A stretch of DNA of 64,000 nucleotides from Eledone cirrhosa (GCA_964016885.1 OZ024757.1:25544001-25608000); one strand, 5' to 3'. Shown: positions 1 to 13,885, counted from the stretch's first letter. Made by a program: numbers and translations. Notes: a model not told the origin generated them from the letters alone.

Positions 1-660
1 GTGTTGTTGGTGTTGTTGCTGTGAAGTTGTTGGTGAGAGTATTGAGCAGTTGTCGCTGTTGTGAGGTTGTTGGTGTTGTTGGTGTTGTTGCTGTGAAGTT
101 GTTGGTGAGAGTATTGAGCAGTTGTCGCTGTTGTGAGGTTGTTGGTGTTGTTGGTGCTGTTGCTGTGAAGTTGTTGGTGATAGTATTGAGCAGTTGTCGC
201 TGTTGTGAGGTTGTTGGTGTTGTTGGTGCTGTTGCTGTGAAGTTGTTGGTGTTGTTGGTGGTAGTATTGAGCAGTTGTCGCTGTTGGGAGGTTGTTGGTG
301 TTGTTCGTGTTGTTGCTGTGAAGTTGTTGGTGTTGTTGGTGGTAGTATTGAGCAGTTGTTGCTGTTGTGAGGTTGTTGGTGTTGTTGGTGTTGTTGGTGT
401 TGTTGGTGGTAGTATTGAGTAGTTGTTGATGTTGTTGCTGTTGTGAGCTTGTTGGTGGTTGGTGGTTGGTGGTGTATTGTGTAGTTGGTGTTGTTGCTGT
501 TGTGAAGTTGTTGGTGGTTTGTGGTATTGTGTAGTTGTTGGAAGTGGCAGTCTTGTTGTTGGAGGTGGTAGTGTTGTTGTTGTTGGTGGTGTCGTTGGTG
601 GTAGTGTTGTTAGTGGTATTAGTGTTGTTGGAGGTAGTAGTATTGTATATTAGTTGTAGT
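1..660. repeat. GTT-rich minisatellite (72-81 bp units) decaying into (GTT/GGT)n
   Basis: Unit gtgaagttgttggtgagagtattgagcagttgtcgctgttgtgagg... recurs at 21, 93, 165 and 237, then lengthens. Confidence 0.85.
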
Positions 661-716
661 ACTGATTGATGTTGGTAAGATGAGGTTGATAGTTGTTGCT
701 ATTGCTATAGTAGTAA

Positions 717-750
<34 letters not shown>

Positions 751-894
751 TATAATTGTTATAGTTGTTTGAGGTTGATGTGGTGGATTTTTGTACTTTC
801 TAACATAGCGTTTGATGTTCCTCTGGGTGATAATACTGGCATCACACAGTTTTCAATATAAATAACCATAAACTATCGATCTCTCCGCCAATAC

Positions 895-941
895 TTGTTT
901 TCTGATGAATCTTTGAAGAGTAATGAAACTAGTCAAGACAA
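895..941 (+). ncRNA. Minimal type-I hammerhead ribozyme motif
   Basis: ttgtttt-CTGATGA(902-908)-short stem II-GAAA(925-928)-ctag-TC^-aagacaa. Stem I is 7 bp (one G-U), stem III is the palindrome ACTAGT, cleavage triplet GUC. Confidence 0.75.
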
Positions 942-1175
942 TACCAAATTATTATTTTCTGCTTTTGTTTATTTGTTTCTTTCTTTCTGCTGAGAAAGAT
1001 ATATATAAAAATAAACGGATTGAAAAAACGAAATAAAAATATTTCTTTCCACTTGGTTAAATTTAGCAGCGAGGCTAAAATTGCTTCAAACTAAGCATAA
1101 AGAACTAATAAGGAAACTCGAAATATCTTTAATAGCGAAAGAGTGATCAAACTGGATTACACTTCCTTTCAATTA

Positions 1176-1228
<53 letters not shown>

Positions 1229-1230
<2 letters not shown>

Positions 1231-1567
1231 GATATTAAATAAATGGAAACTATATTTATAAAACCATATTTATTTCATTATATATATTTCAGGGATATCA
1301 TATTAACAATATGTTATGCCTTCTTCAGACAAAATACAATATAGACAGTTTTATAAAACTGTCTATATTGTATTTTGTCTGAAGAAGGCATAACATATTG
1401 TTAATATGATATCCCTGAAATATATATAATGAAATAAATATGGTTTTATAAATATAGTTTCCATTTATTTAATATCGTAAATATACTCCAAATACTTGTT
1501 GAGTGCTTTTATATCAGTTATAAATATTTACTAGTTGTAACCCAACAATTTAAATATAACTTTCCAT
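1229..1567. mobile_element. Family A fold-back element (PLE pLTR-like), TA-flanked
   Basis: Perfect palindrome 1229-1478 (centre 1353/1354) plus a ~90-bp one-sided tail. Homologues at 11552, 57604 and 59038. Confidence 0.85.
1371..1436 (+). ncRNA. Hammerhead motif, family A (mirror copy on - strand 1271-1336)
   Basis: tattttgt-CTGAAGA-agg...cct-GAAA-tatata-TA^-atgaaata. Stem I is 8 bp with two G-U pairs, stem III is the palindrome ATATATAT. Confidence 0.8.
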
Positions 1568-1569
1568 AA

Positions 1570-1601
<32 letters not shown>

Positions 1602-1701
1602 ATGTGTGTGTGTATGTATATATATATATATTGTATGAATCTAATATCAAGTGCCTCCTGCGTTTTGTTCGTTCATTTTCAACTATATATACATGCGCGC
1701 A

Positions 1702-1814
<113 letters not shown>

Positions 1815-1920
1815 TCAACCCTCCAAAACTATCGTAAAACAATGATATGAATAGGTAAAATAACTTGACTTTGTTCTTATTATTTTCGTTGTTAAATTAA
1901 TATCTAGTATATATATATAA

Positions 1921-2004
<84 letters not shown>

Positions 2005-2098
2005 CATAAATAAAGATGCTGATGTTACATTTATACTGAATCTCCATCGTAACTAGTTTCTCCTGTTTGCTCCTGTTTTTACCAAAAAAATCTTTTCG

Positions 2099-2132
<34 letters not shown>

Positions 2133-2256
2133 TTAAAATATATGATAAACACGAAATGTGTTTATATTGCAACAGACAAAGTTAGCTATTAATGAAATAA
2201 ACTAATTAAAGTGAATACAATTTGTCTGTCTCGATATAAGTCAATAAAGACAAGCT

Positions 2257-2369
<113 letters not shown>

Positions 2370-2380
2370 GTATGTATATA

Positions 2381-2624
<244 letters not shown>

Positions 2625-2663
2625 TATATACATATATATATATATATACACATATATATACAC

Positions 2664-2724
<61 letters not shown>

Positions 2725-3294
2725 TATATAGAGAGAGAGGGGGAGAGAGAAAAAGAGAGAGGAGGAGAAGAAGAAGAAGAAGAAGAAGAAGATAATGATG
2801 ATGATACATCTAAAGATTGGGGGGGGGGGGGGCAGAGCCGTGCACTGCACAGCACTCAATCTGTGCACTCAATCTGTGGGAAGTGATGTGTTATATATAG
2901 GACCGTGCTGAGTGAAATTTTACAAGAGATAGCCACAGAAACAATTGTACCAAAATGACGCCATTGTAACTGTGATAAATATCTAAACACTTACATACAC
3001 ATACACACAAACACATACCGTCTCTTACACACACAAGAACACACGCTCTTTTACACACACACACACATACACACACGTGTGTATGTTATAAGCTGGCTGA
3101 ATATCCAAAGCTGGAGAGAGGATTAGCCCAGAGTTATACACCATCTAAAAACAACTTGATGGGGATCTATAAAATATTTGTAGCAATTAAACTAAGTACT
3201 GTGTGAAGCCTCCAGTATATATATGTATATATATATAGAGAGAGAGAGAGAAAGAAAGAGAGAGAGAAATGTATGCATATATATATATATATGC

Positions 3295-3388
<94 letters not shown>

Positions 3389-3579
3389 ATACATATATAT
3401 GTATATATTTATATTTATATATATATATACATATATATGTATATATTTATATATATACATATATATGTATATATTTATATATATATATACATATATATGT
3501 ATATATTTATATATATATATACATATATATGTATATATTTATATTTATATATATATATACATATATGTATATATTTATA

Positions 3580-3673
<94 letters not shown>

Positions 3674-3678
<5 letters not shown>

Positions 3679-4068
3679 TTCCTGAATTTGTTTAGCAAGA
3701 TTCTTTATCTGAAAACGTGTGTTGAAACCGATATTGTTATACTTTGGGAGGGCCATGTTTTGTGTATATACACACAGATACATATGAACACACAAAAACA
3801 AGATGGCGTAGGACAGAACAAAGGAGAGGCACAAAACAAAGAAAAGAATCCCCAGTCACTGAAGAGGTCACAGAATGTGCTACGAAAGAACTTTGACAAT
3901 ATATGAACAACAGTCCGGTTGTGGAACCAACCAACCAACCGGAAATTTACAAATTTCTTAAATTTATAAATTTAATCTATAATAAATTGGAGTGAAAGCA
4001 ACTGGGGCGTGATTTGTTGGTGCGTGTGTTTCTTATTGGCAACATGACCCTCCCAAAGTAAAACGATA
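3674..4068 (+). mobile_element. Family D TA-flanked element with HHR motif at 3855-3897
   Basis: gtca-CTGAAGA-g-gtcaca...-GAAA-gaac-TT^-tgac. Short inverted copy of its own end at ~3730-3760. Second copy on - strand at 12628-12890. Confidence 0.65.
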
Positions 4069-4093
4069 TATATATATATATATGTCTACCTCA

Positions 4094-4124
<31 letters not shown>

Positions 4125-4129
4125 TACCT

Positions 4130-4169
<40 letters not shown>

Positions 4170-4172
<3 letters not shown>

Positions 4173-4429
4173 AACGAGTAGGACCCCGACGGCTGAGCTC
4201 AGGCCGTTTCGACGGCTAATTCTGGACTAAATGAATATTTTTATCCTGGTATATGAATAGCTATTCATATACCAGGATAAACATTTTCATTTAGTCCAGA
4301 ATTAGCCTTCGAAACGGCCTGAGCTCAGCCGTCGGGGTCCTACTCGTTCCTATTACCCACTCTACTACTCTAAGTATTGAGTGCTTTGGTGCGTTATGGT
4401 CCACCTGGTTCCTTACCACATTTCCTTCG

Positions 4430-4431
<2 letters not shown>
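4170..4431. mobile_element. Family E fold-back element
   Basis: Palindrome centred at 4260/4261 (gaatag|ctattc) plus tail ...ccttaccacatttccttcgt. TA-flanked, many copies in the window. Confidence 0.85.
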
Positions 4432-4463
<32 letters not shown>

Positions 4464-4750
4464 AGGTAGACATATACACGCACATACATAAATATATTTA
4501 CGCAAATATGACTTATTATACAACTGTGACCATATGTATATATCTGGAAACACGAGTCGGCGTGTGTGACTGCCTGTCGTGTAGAGTTATGACATATGCA
4601 CGTGCATGTGTGTATAAGTATGTGTGTGTTTGTGTGTGTGTATGTGCGTATGTGTGTATGTGTGTGTATGTATGTGTGTGCGTGTGTGTGTGTATGTATG
4701 TGTGTATGTGTGTGTATGTATGTATGTGTGTGTGTTTGTATGTATATATA

Positions 4751-4781
<31 letters not shown>

Positions 4782-5301
4782 TTGTGTGTGTGTATGTATG
4801 TGTGTGCGTATGTGTGTGTGTATGTATGTGTGTATGTGTGTGTATGTATGTATGTGTGTGTCTTTGTATGTATATATATGTGTGTGTGTGTGTATGTATG
4901 TTTGTGTGTGTGTGTATGTATGTGTGTGTGTATGTATGTATGTATGTATGTATGTATGTTTGCGTGTGTGTATGTATGTGTGTGCGTATGTGTGTGTGTA
5001 TGTATGTGTGTATGTGTGTGTATGTGTGTGTGTTTGTATATATATATGTGTGTGTGTATGTATGTATGTTTGTGTGTGTGTATGTATGTGTGTGTTGTGT
5101 GAATGAATGACTACAGCACGTGATTGTCTTTTGCATGTCTACATTCACGTATGTGTGTGTGTGTGTATGTGTGTTCATATGTATGTGTGTGTGTATGTAT
5201 GTATGTATGTTCGTATGTATGTATGCATGTATATATGTATCCATGTATGTATGTATCTATCTATGTATCTATGTATGTATATATAGAAATGTTTGTATCT
5301 A

Positions 5302-5358
<57 letters not shown>

Positions 5359-5638
5359 GCATGTGTATATGTATCCATGTATGTATGGATGTACATATGT
5401 ATGTGTGTATGTATCCATGTATGTATGTATGGATGTACATATGTATGTGTGTATGTATGTATGTGTGTGTATGTGTATGTTTGTATGTGTGTGTGTGTGT
5501 ATATGTGTGTATGTATGTATTGATAAATGTATGTATGTATAAATGTATGAATGTATGTATGTATGTATATAGATGTCTGTGTGGAAGTGACGTGGTGGGG
5601 GGAGGGGTAAAGGTGAAAACAGGTGGGACCTTGGGAAA

Positions 5639-5694
<56 letters not shown>

Positions 5695-5805
5695 GATGAA
5701 TGAAAGGGAGGGCGTGACAATATATATTGTATATATATATGTGTTTGTTTATATGTAAGTGTATACTTATATATAGATGTACATATATGTGTATATGTGT
5801 AAATG

Positions 5806-5884
<79 letters not shown>

Positions 5885-5978
5885 ATATATATATACATAT
5901 ATACAGTAATAAAATGTATAATAAAATGTAATTGATCAAAAGAACATCTATTTTATTAATATTTGTATTTTAATATAT

Positions 5979-6047
<69 letters not shown>

Positions 6048-6514
6048 TATGTATATATATTGTGTGTATATATATGTAGATATAGATATGTATATATGTA
6101 TGTGTGTGTGTATATATATATGTGTGTGTGTGTGTGTGCATATACGTATGTATCTATGTGTCTATGTAAGTGTGTGTATGTGTGTATGTAGACATATGTA
6201 GCCAGCAAACTAAATGTCTAGAACTATGGATCGTCCAAGTCATGTTAGTTTGTTGTACAGTTGAGTTAGTAGGGGTCTGAGGTTCGCTCCCTTTAGATGA
6301 CAGCATCAACAACATCAATAACAACAGCAGCAGCAGTAACAACGTTAGTAACAACATTTCTGTCGCTCTTGAATGGACGATTATTCCTCTAAGGTACCGG
6401 CCCATGGATCATTCGCTACCGGCCGCAAAGAAATAATTTACTTGTTTAAAATCATATAATAGATAAATTGAATATTGGACTTTAATTTTTAAAAAAAATA
6501 TATATATATATATA

Positions 6515-6680
6515 TGAAAAACAAGGGGAGAGGAATACTGCGTGGTTGCACATGGATTACATATTATAAAATTAGTCCCTCATCAGTGATTTGCCAACCA
6601 TCATTGGTATTTCATCGCATTAAAAATCAGATACCTCAGGTTGGTGCGAGCAATAACTAAAATAAGCTATTGGGACTTCA
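6515..6680 (-). mobile_element. Family G dispersed element (divergent HHR-like fold at 6594-6644)
   Basis: Shared block tcatcagtga..ccaacc..tttcatcgc..cctcaggttggtgcgagcaa, also found at ~8435, 17858, 22390 and 42480. Confidence 0.7.
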
Positions 6681-6749
6681 AAGCATGGCGTCCGACCCTC
6701 TACCAATACTGCCAATCCACCGCCTATATATATATATATTTTTTTTTTA

Positions 6750-7052
<303 letters not shown>

Positions 7053-7077
7053 ATATATATATATATATAATATATAT

Positions 7078-7490
7078 ATGTAGGAGGTGAGTTTTATTGT
7101 AGTACAATAAAGCAATGCAGATATCGGATAAGAAGCACTCTACAGTTTGTAGGACTGGAGTATACATAATATATAAGAACAGAAGATGGTTAAAGGAGTT
7201 CCATGTATTTTATTATGCGCATTTCAAAAACAAACATCATCATGCAATAATATTTGGGTTTTCATCAGATAAAACAGGAGGACATGATATGAAGGCTAAA
7301 AAACACTTGTGGATAGTGCACTTGTGGATATGTTGATTTAAAACTGCACTATCCACAAGTGTTTTTTAGCCTTCATATCATGTCCTCCTGTTTTATCTGA
7401 TGAAAACACAAATATTATTGCATGATGAAGTTTGTTTTTGAAATGCGCATAATAAAATACATGGAACTCCTTTAACCATCTTCTGTTCTT

Positions 7491-7495
<5 letters not shown>
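7078..7495. mobile_element. Family B fold-back element
   Basis: Inverted arms ~7170-7320 and ~7345-7495, TA-flanked. Homologues at 11311, 58155 and 63028. Confidence 0.85.
7389..7459 (+). ncRNA. Hammerhead motif, family B (mirror on - strand ~7205-7277)
   Basis: tgttttat-CTGATGA(7397-7403)-long stem II-GAAA(7440-7443)-tgcgca-TA^-ataaaata. Stem III is the palindrome ATGCGCAT. Confidence 0.85.
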
Positions 7496-7552
<57 letters not shown>

Positions 7553-8130
7553 GGGAAGTAAGGATTCTATACAAAACAGTGGGTATAGAGAAAAGATGAA
7601 GTTGGAAATATATTTAAGGGTCTGTTTTTCTTTTTTGATTCGTCAAAGTGACATTATTGAAAAGATAGTGTTATTAAAAAAATAATGCTATTAAAAAAAG
7701 AGAGGGATAATTCTTTAAAAAAATATTTTTTTATGAAGTATATATAAAGTATATGAAAATATTACCGATTTCGATGTATTAAAATCCATCTTGACAAATG
7801 TAGTGTAAAAAATTAAAAAGAGTTGATAGGAGTAAAAAAAGAAAAGTTTAAAATTAAAATCAAAATCGAATGTTTGAATAATTTTTCTTCCATCCTACTT
7901 CTTGAAATATATGTATATATATATATATATATATAATTTTTCACTATACACATGCATTTGTACATACACACACATGTACATTTGTAAGTGCATATACACA
8001 CATTTATACACATCCCCTTACTACATTTCTTTATTTTTATTTTTCATACCTCTCTTGTATTATTACTTTTATTTATTTTTTTGCTCGTTAAACTTTTGAA
8101 GATTTTTTCAAATATTTCACTATGTTTTAA

Positions 8131-8206
8131 ATTGCCTTGTCTGATGAACGAATGCGGACGTTTCTTGTATTCGTCTTATTCGGGAAACCTCTGGTAATGA
8201 GGTAAT
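8131..8206 (+). ncRNA. Hammerhead motif, family C
   Basis: attgccttgt-CTGATGA-acgaat...attcgg-GAAA-cc-tct-gg-TA^-atgaggtaat. Stem I is 10 bp with G-U pairs. Second copy at 19202. Confidence 0.8.
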
Positions 8207-8292
8207 TATACATTAAATATTTAGCTCTGTAACTTACATAGAGCACTCTTCATTCCTCTGACTTTTTCAATTTTTCAACGGAAACTTCAATA

Positions 8293-8353
<61 letters not shown>

Positions 8354-8368
8354 TTATATATATCAATA

Positions 8369-8434
<66 letters not shown>

Positions 8435-8436
<2 letters not shown>

Positions 8437-8593
8437 AATAATGATGGCTGCGCGTTGCAAATGGTGGTGCATATGAAAAAGTAAGTCCTTCATCAGTGAC
8501 CCTCCAACCGTCCCAGGCATTTCATCGCTTTAAGGGCCATATGCCTCAGAAATGCCTGGGACGGTTGGAGGGTCACTGATGAAGGACTTACTT

Positions 8594-8600
<7 letters not shown>
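8435..8600. mobile_element. Family G fold-back variant
   Basis: Arms ~8471-8523 and ~8549-8601 are reverse complements. TA-flanked. Confidence 0.75.
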
Positions 8601-8629
<29 letters not shown>

Positions 8630-9105
8630 AGAAAGTTCAGTAAATCCGAAGAAAACTGGTTAGAGAATCAAGGTCAGCACTCGATGCAGAGCAGAGTGTA
8701 TACAATAAGAAAAAAGTGGAGATGTTACTTAGGAGATTTATTGTTCAATCCAGGTTACAAATGTTTCTCAAGCAGCTGGCTCGTGATCTGGGTGGGCACC
8801 CCAAGACCAGATTCCAAATCTGCCTGATACTCAGACCAGTGTTAACACCACAAAAATCACATCAAATATATATGTCGCCACTATTGTTGCTAAATCCACC
8901 ACCACTCTCCAGGTGTCAATAACCCATTGATACCAAACATTCTTTAGCCAGAGCCTGACAATTATCAGTCACTCATAATTCCAATTTGTATAGACATATA
9001 CTTAGAATAAATGAACCCTTCAAACATGTAAGCGTTCTTGTGTATGTGTGTGTGTGGGAATGTGAACCTTGTTTTTAATCTGTGTCCCTTATATTATTGT
9101 GTATA

Positions 9106-9279
9106 CAGGTAAAATTACGTTATAACGAATACTATTATAACGAATTTTTCAGTATAATGACATGTTTTCAATCCCTGGCCACACGCGCGATGTGTTAGGT
9201 CGATCTCGTTATAAAGAATTTTTCGTTACAACAAATTTTTTTATACCCCGTGAATTTCGTTATAACGGAATTTTACTAT
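9106..9279. mobile_element. pogo/Tc1-like MITE
   Basis: Imperfect TIRs caggtaaaattacgttataacgaa / ttcgttataacggaattttacta, internal cgttataacgaa subrepeats, TA flanks. Confidence 0.7.
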
Positions 9280-9447
9280 GTATCTAAAAAATTTTTTTTT
9301 CAAAGAATCCCTTTTCTTTAAAATCCCTTGGCCAATGACCTCCACCAACCCCCGAAATCACCACAGAGGATTAGATACAACAGTTTTTGGAGGACAGTCG
9401 GTTTTCCTGATGATTTCTTTTGAAAAAAAAAAAAACCGTTCTTGTCG

Positions 9448-9455
9448 AATGATGG

Positions 9456-9487
<32 letters not shown>

Positions 9488-9516
9488 AAGACGATTGATG
9501 ATGATGATGGTGATGG

Positions 9517-9554
<38 letters not shown>

Positions 9555-9583
9555 AAGACGATTGATGATGATGATGGTGATGG

Positions 9584-9630
<47 letters not shown>

Positions 9631-10048
9631 AAGACGATTGATGATGATGATGGTGATGGTGATGATGATGATGATGATGATGATGATTAAGACGATTGAT
9701 GATGATGATGGTGATGGTGATGATGATGATGATGATGATGATGATTAAGACGATTGATGATGATGATGGTGATGGTGATGATGATGATTAAGACGATTGA
9801 TGATGATGGTGATGATGGTGATGGTGATGATGGTGATGGTGATGATGATGATGATAATGATGATGATGATGATGATGATGATGATTAAGACGATTGATGA
9901 TGATGGTGATGATGGTGATGGTGATGATGGTGATGGTGATGATGATGATGATAATGATGATGGTGGTGATGATGGTGATGATGACGACTAGTCGATGGTA
10001 ATGATGACGACGACGATGATGAGGATGAGGATGAGGGGGAGGCTGATC

Positions 10049-10101
<53 letters not shown>
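9448..10101. repeat. (GAT)n compound minisatellite
   Basis: Spacer gattaagacgatt recurs seven times between variable-length (gat)n/(ggt) tracts. Confidence 0.9.
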
Positions 10102-10103
<2 letters not shown>

Positions 10104-10176
10104 GAGCACGTGAAGCCATCACGGCTGACCGGTAATATTACAATAGAGAGAGAGAATGAGAGAGAGATTTCTACAT

Positions 10177-10211
<35 letters not shown>

Positions 10212-10295
10212 CAGACAGACAAACAGAGAGAGAGAGAGAGAGACAGAGACTTCTACATAGAGAGAGCGAGAGAGAGAGAGAGAGACAGAGACTTC

Positions 10296-10364
<69 letters not shown>

Positions 10365-10395
10365 CTAGATAGAGAGAGAGAGGGGGAGAGAGACG

Positions 10396-10431
<36 letters not shown>

Positions 10432-11310
10432 AAGAGAGACAGAGACTTCTACATAGAGAGAGAGAGAGGAGAGAGACAGACAGACAAAGAGAGAGAGAGA
10501 GGAGAGAGACAGACAGACAAAGAGAGAGAGAGGAGAGAGACAGACAGACAAAGAGAGAGGGGGAGAGACTTCTACATAGAGAGAGCGAGAGAGAGAGAGA
10601 CACAGATAGACAGAGAGAGAGAGAGAGATAGAGACAGACAGACAAAGAGAGAGGGAGAGAGAGAGACACAGACACAGAGAGAGAGAGATAGAGAGACATG
10701 GTAGATTTCTGGTCAGATACTTTTTAACCATACCGGAAAGTGATGTGATGGACGACTGGGTCTCCATTAAATAGGAGATTGGTGTATTTCTATTTAACTA
10801 TGTATGTATGTATGTGTGTGTGTGTGTATGTATGTGTGTATGTGTGTGTGTGTGTATGTATGTATATGTACGTATGTATGTATATATGTATGTGTGTGTA
10901 TATGTGTGTATGCATGTATGTATTTATGTAATATGCATGTATGTACGTATGTATGTATTATGCATGTATGTATGTATGTTTCTATTGTGTTTGTATTTAA
11001 CGCTGTATGTATGCATATATGTGTGTATGTGGGTGTATATATATGTATGCATATATGTATGAATTTATGTATGTATGTATACATGTGTGTGTTTATTCAT
11101 GCCTGTATGCGTGTGCGTGTATGTATGCATGCATGTATGTGTATGTATATGTATGTATGTATGTATGTATATATGTAAGTATGAGTGTATGTTTGTATAT
11201 ACGTATGTTTGTATATACGTATGTTTGTTTTTTATGGTTTTATGTATGAATATATGTTATATGTACATATATGTGTATATGTGTCTATGTATCTGTGTGT
11301 ATAAATATCA

Positions 11311-11472
11311 ATATGTTGATTTAAAACTGCACTATTCACAAGTGTGTTTTAACCTTCATATCATGTCTCCCTATTTTATCTGACGAAAACGCAAATGTTA
11401 TTGCATGATTATATTTGTTTTTGAAATGCGCATAATAAAATACATGGAACTCTTTTAACCATCTTTTGATCT

Positions 11473-11478
<6 letters not shown>
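11311..11478 (+). mobile_element. Family B single arm with HHR at 11372-11442
   Basis: tattttat-CTGACGA-...-GAAA-tgcgca-TA^-ataaaata. Confidence 0.8.
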
Positions 11479-11551
<73 letters not shown>

Positions 11552-11554
<3 letters not shown>

Positions 11555-11997
11555 GATATTAAATAAATGGAAACTATATTTATAAAATCCTATTTATTTC
11601 ATTATATATATTTCAGGGATATCATATTAAAAATATGGTATGCCTTCATCAGACAAAATACAATATAAACAGTCTTATAAATAGATAGATTTGACATACC
11701 TTACACTTCAACTTCCATTTAAAAAGTTGATTTGGTAGATTTTTAAATGGAAGTTGAAGTGTAAGGTATGTCAAATCTATCTATTTATAAGACTGTTTAT
11801 ATTGTATTTTGTCTGATGAAGGCATACCATATTTTTAATATGATATCCCTGAAATATATATAATGAAATAAATATGATTTTATAAATATAGTTTCCATTT
11901 ATTTAATATCGTAAATATTACTCCAAATACTTGTTGAGTGCTTTTATATCAGTTATAAATATTTACTCGTTGTAACCCAACAATTTAAATAAAACTT

Positions 11998-12000
<3 letters not shown>
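11552..12000. mobile_element. Family A fold-back element with HHR at 11805-11870 (+) and a mirror copy
   Basis: Palindrome ~11552-11912 with a small central loop, CTGATGA at 11813, tail to 12000. Confidence 0.85.
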
Positions 12001-12048
<48 letters not shown>

Positions 12049-12411
12049 CGTATATATTCATAGAAAGTCATCATCAGGCTACAGCCAGTGTAAGTAGTGG
12101 CGTTGTTAGGATGACAGCTCCGAACGAAGCCTGCAAGGTTTACAATTGAGTCATCAAAACGTTATAGCAGTTGGTTTTAAGAAGAAAAACGAACGCCGCT
12201 TTGGGAAATGCAAGCTTCAAAATAGTGAAGGACTTTGAAATTTTTAAGTGTATCTGTTGAAGACAAATTAGTGTCCACATAACGTATCTTCCATATATTT
12301 AACAAAGCTAATCATGTCTGTGTGTGTGTGTGTATATATATGTGTGGGGGGAGTGTGAGCGTATTTATGTATATGTATGTATATGTATTATATACATGTA
12401 TGTATGTATAA

Positions 12412-12466
<55 letters not shown>

Positions 12467-12574
12467 GGAATAATGGATTATATATATATATTATGGAATA
12501 CTGTTGGCTTCTTGCTACAATAATTTCTATACTTTTCATTTATATATATATATATATATATACACAAGTGGAAG

Positions 12575-12627
<53 letters not shown>

Positions 12628-12633
<6 letters not shown>

Positions 12634-12890
12634 ATACTTTGGGAGCGTCATGTTGCCAATAAGAAACACACGCACCAGTTGCTTTCACTTCAATTTATTA
12701 TAATAAATTTATAAATTTAGGAATTTATAAATTTCCGGTTGGTTGGTTGGTTCCACAACCAGATGGTTGTTTATATATTGTCAAAGTTCTTTCGTCACAC
12801 ATTCTGTGACCTCTTCAATGACTGGGGATTCTTTTCTTTGTTTTTGTGCCTCTCCTTTGTTCTGTCCTACGCCATCTTGTTTCTGAAACA
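12628..12890 (-). mobile_element. Family D copy (HHR with C3>U, perfect GTCACA/TGTGAC stem II)
   Basis: Reverse complement of ~3795-4068. Confidence 0.8.
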
Positions 12891-12910
12891 AGATGGCGTC
12901 TGAAACAAGA

Positions 12911-13147
12911 TGGGCCCAGCACTATATGTCAATAATTGTCACAAGTGTAGTGTTTGTACCAGAGTTTTCAAGTTGCTGGCTGGACTAAAAAGTCGCACTC
13001 GTTCAGCGCATCGGTAGGGGTTCTCCTACATGGATATAAAGTAGTGGCCGTACTCGAAAACGAGTTGGCAGCCACCATGTATGTATGTATGTATGTATGT
13101 ATGTATGTATGTATGTATGTATGTATGTATGTACGTATGTATGTATG
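12911..13147 (+). mobile_element. LINE 3' end (RTE-like C-terminal Zn finger) with (TGTA)n tail
   Basis: Homologous to 36680-36850, which encodes CSVCTRGFKSLAGLKSHTR. Ends ...gcagccaccat(gtat)n. Confidence 0.65.
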
Positions 13148-13402
13148 AACGTTCTTCTGGTTTTATTTTTTTAAGTTCCTCAACAATAGAGAGCGAAACG
13201 GTTGCTAACCCAGATACAAGAACCTTTCACTGGAATTTAGACATCAACTTGGTAATTATGTATGTGTCTGTCTACATGTGGGAACATGTGTATGTGTGTA
13301 TGTGTGCGGTTATAGATATCATTGCGTGTGTGCATCTATGTCTTGGTTTATTTGCACCCATATACATATGTTTATATATCTATACGCGTCTATTTGAAGT
13401 GT

Positions 13403-13885
13403 GAAGGCGGGTGGCTTAGTGGATAGAAAGCTGGATTCACAATTATGAGGTTGTGAGTTCGATTCCAAGACCGGGTGATTATTTGTGTCCTTGAGCAAGA
13501 CATCTCATTTCGCGTTGCTCAAGATCTATCGGCTATTCTCTTTGTCTTAGGCAACATCGGTGGCGTGGAGAGGGGAAACTGGTATGCATGGACGACTGCT
13601 GGTCTTCCATAAAAAAACACCTTGCCCAGGCTTCTGCCTCGGATCGGAAATTGTGTGGGTGCAAATCCCATGGTCGTTCGTTCCTGAAGAAATGAGTTGT
13701 GATGTCACAGGTGCCAAGCTGTATCGGTCATTGCCTTTCCTTTCGACAACATTGGTGCTGTGGAGATGGGAGACTGGTATGCATGGGTGACTGCTGGTCT
13801 TCCACAAAAACACCTTTTGCCTCAGATTGGAGCTTTCTAGGTGCAATTCCCACGGTAATTCGTTACCAAAGGGGTCTTTACACTT
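13403..13885 (+). mobile_element. tRNA-derived SINE, family 2 (CORE-like) plus 3' body with internal duplication
   Basis: A-box gtggcttagtgg, B-box gagttcgattcc, core tgtgtccttgagcaagaca. The body matches 43346-43525 in reverse complement. Confidence 0.7.

Noticed and set aside
6575-6590. CTGATGA on the minus strand in family G as a canonical HHR core
   Set aside because: No GAAA follows in any copy. The better-paired candidate is the adjacent variant fold at 6594-6644.
12050-12085. CTGATGA on the minus strand (similar case at ~27072-27078)
   Set aside because: There is no GAAA, stem III or stem I' before the sequence runs into (TA)n. At most a truncated remnant.
13403-13475. tRNA gene
   Set aside because: A and B boxes are present but there is no acceptor stem, and it continues into the SINE core, so it is a SINE head.
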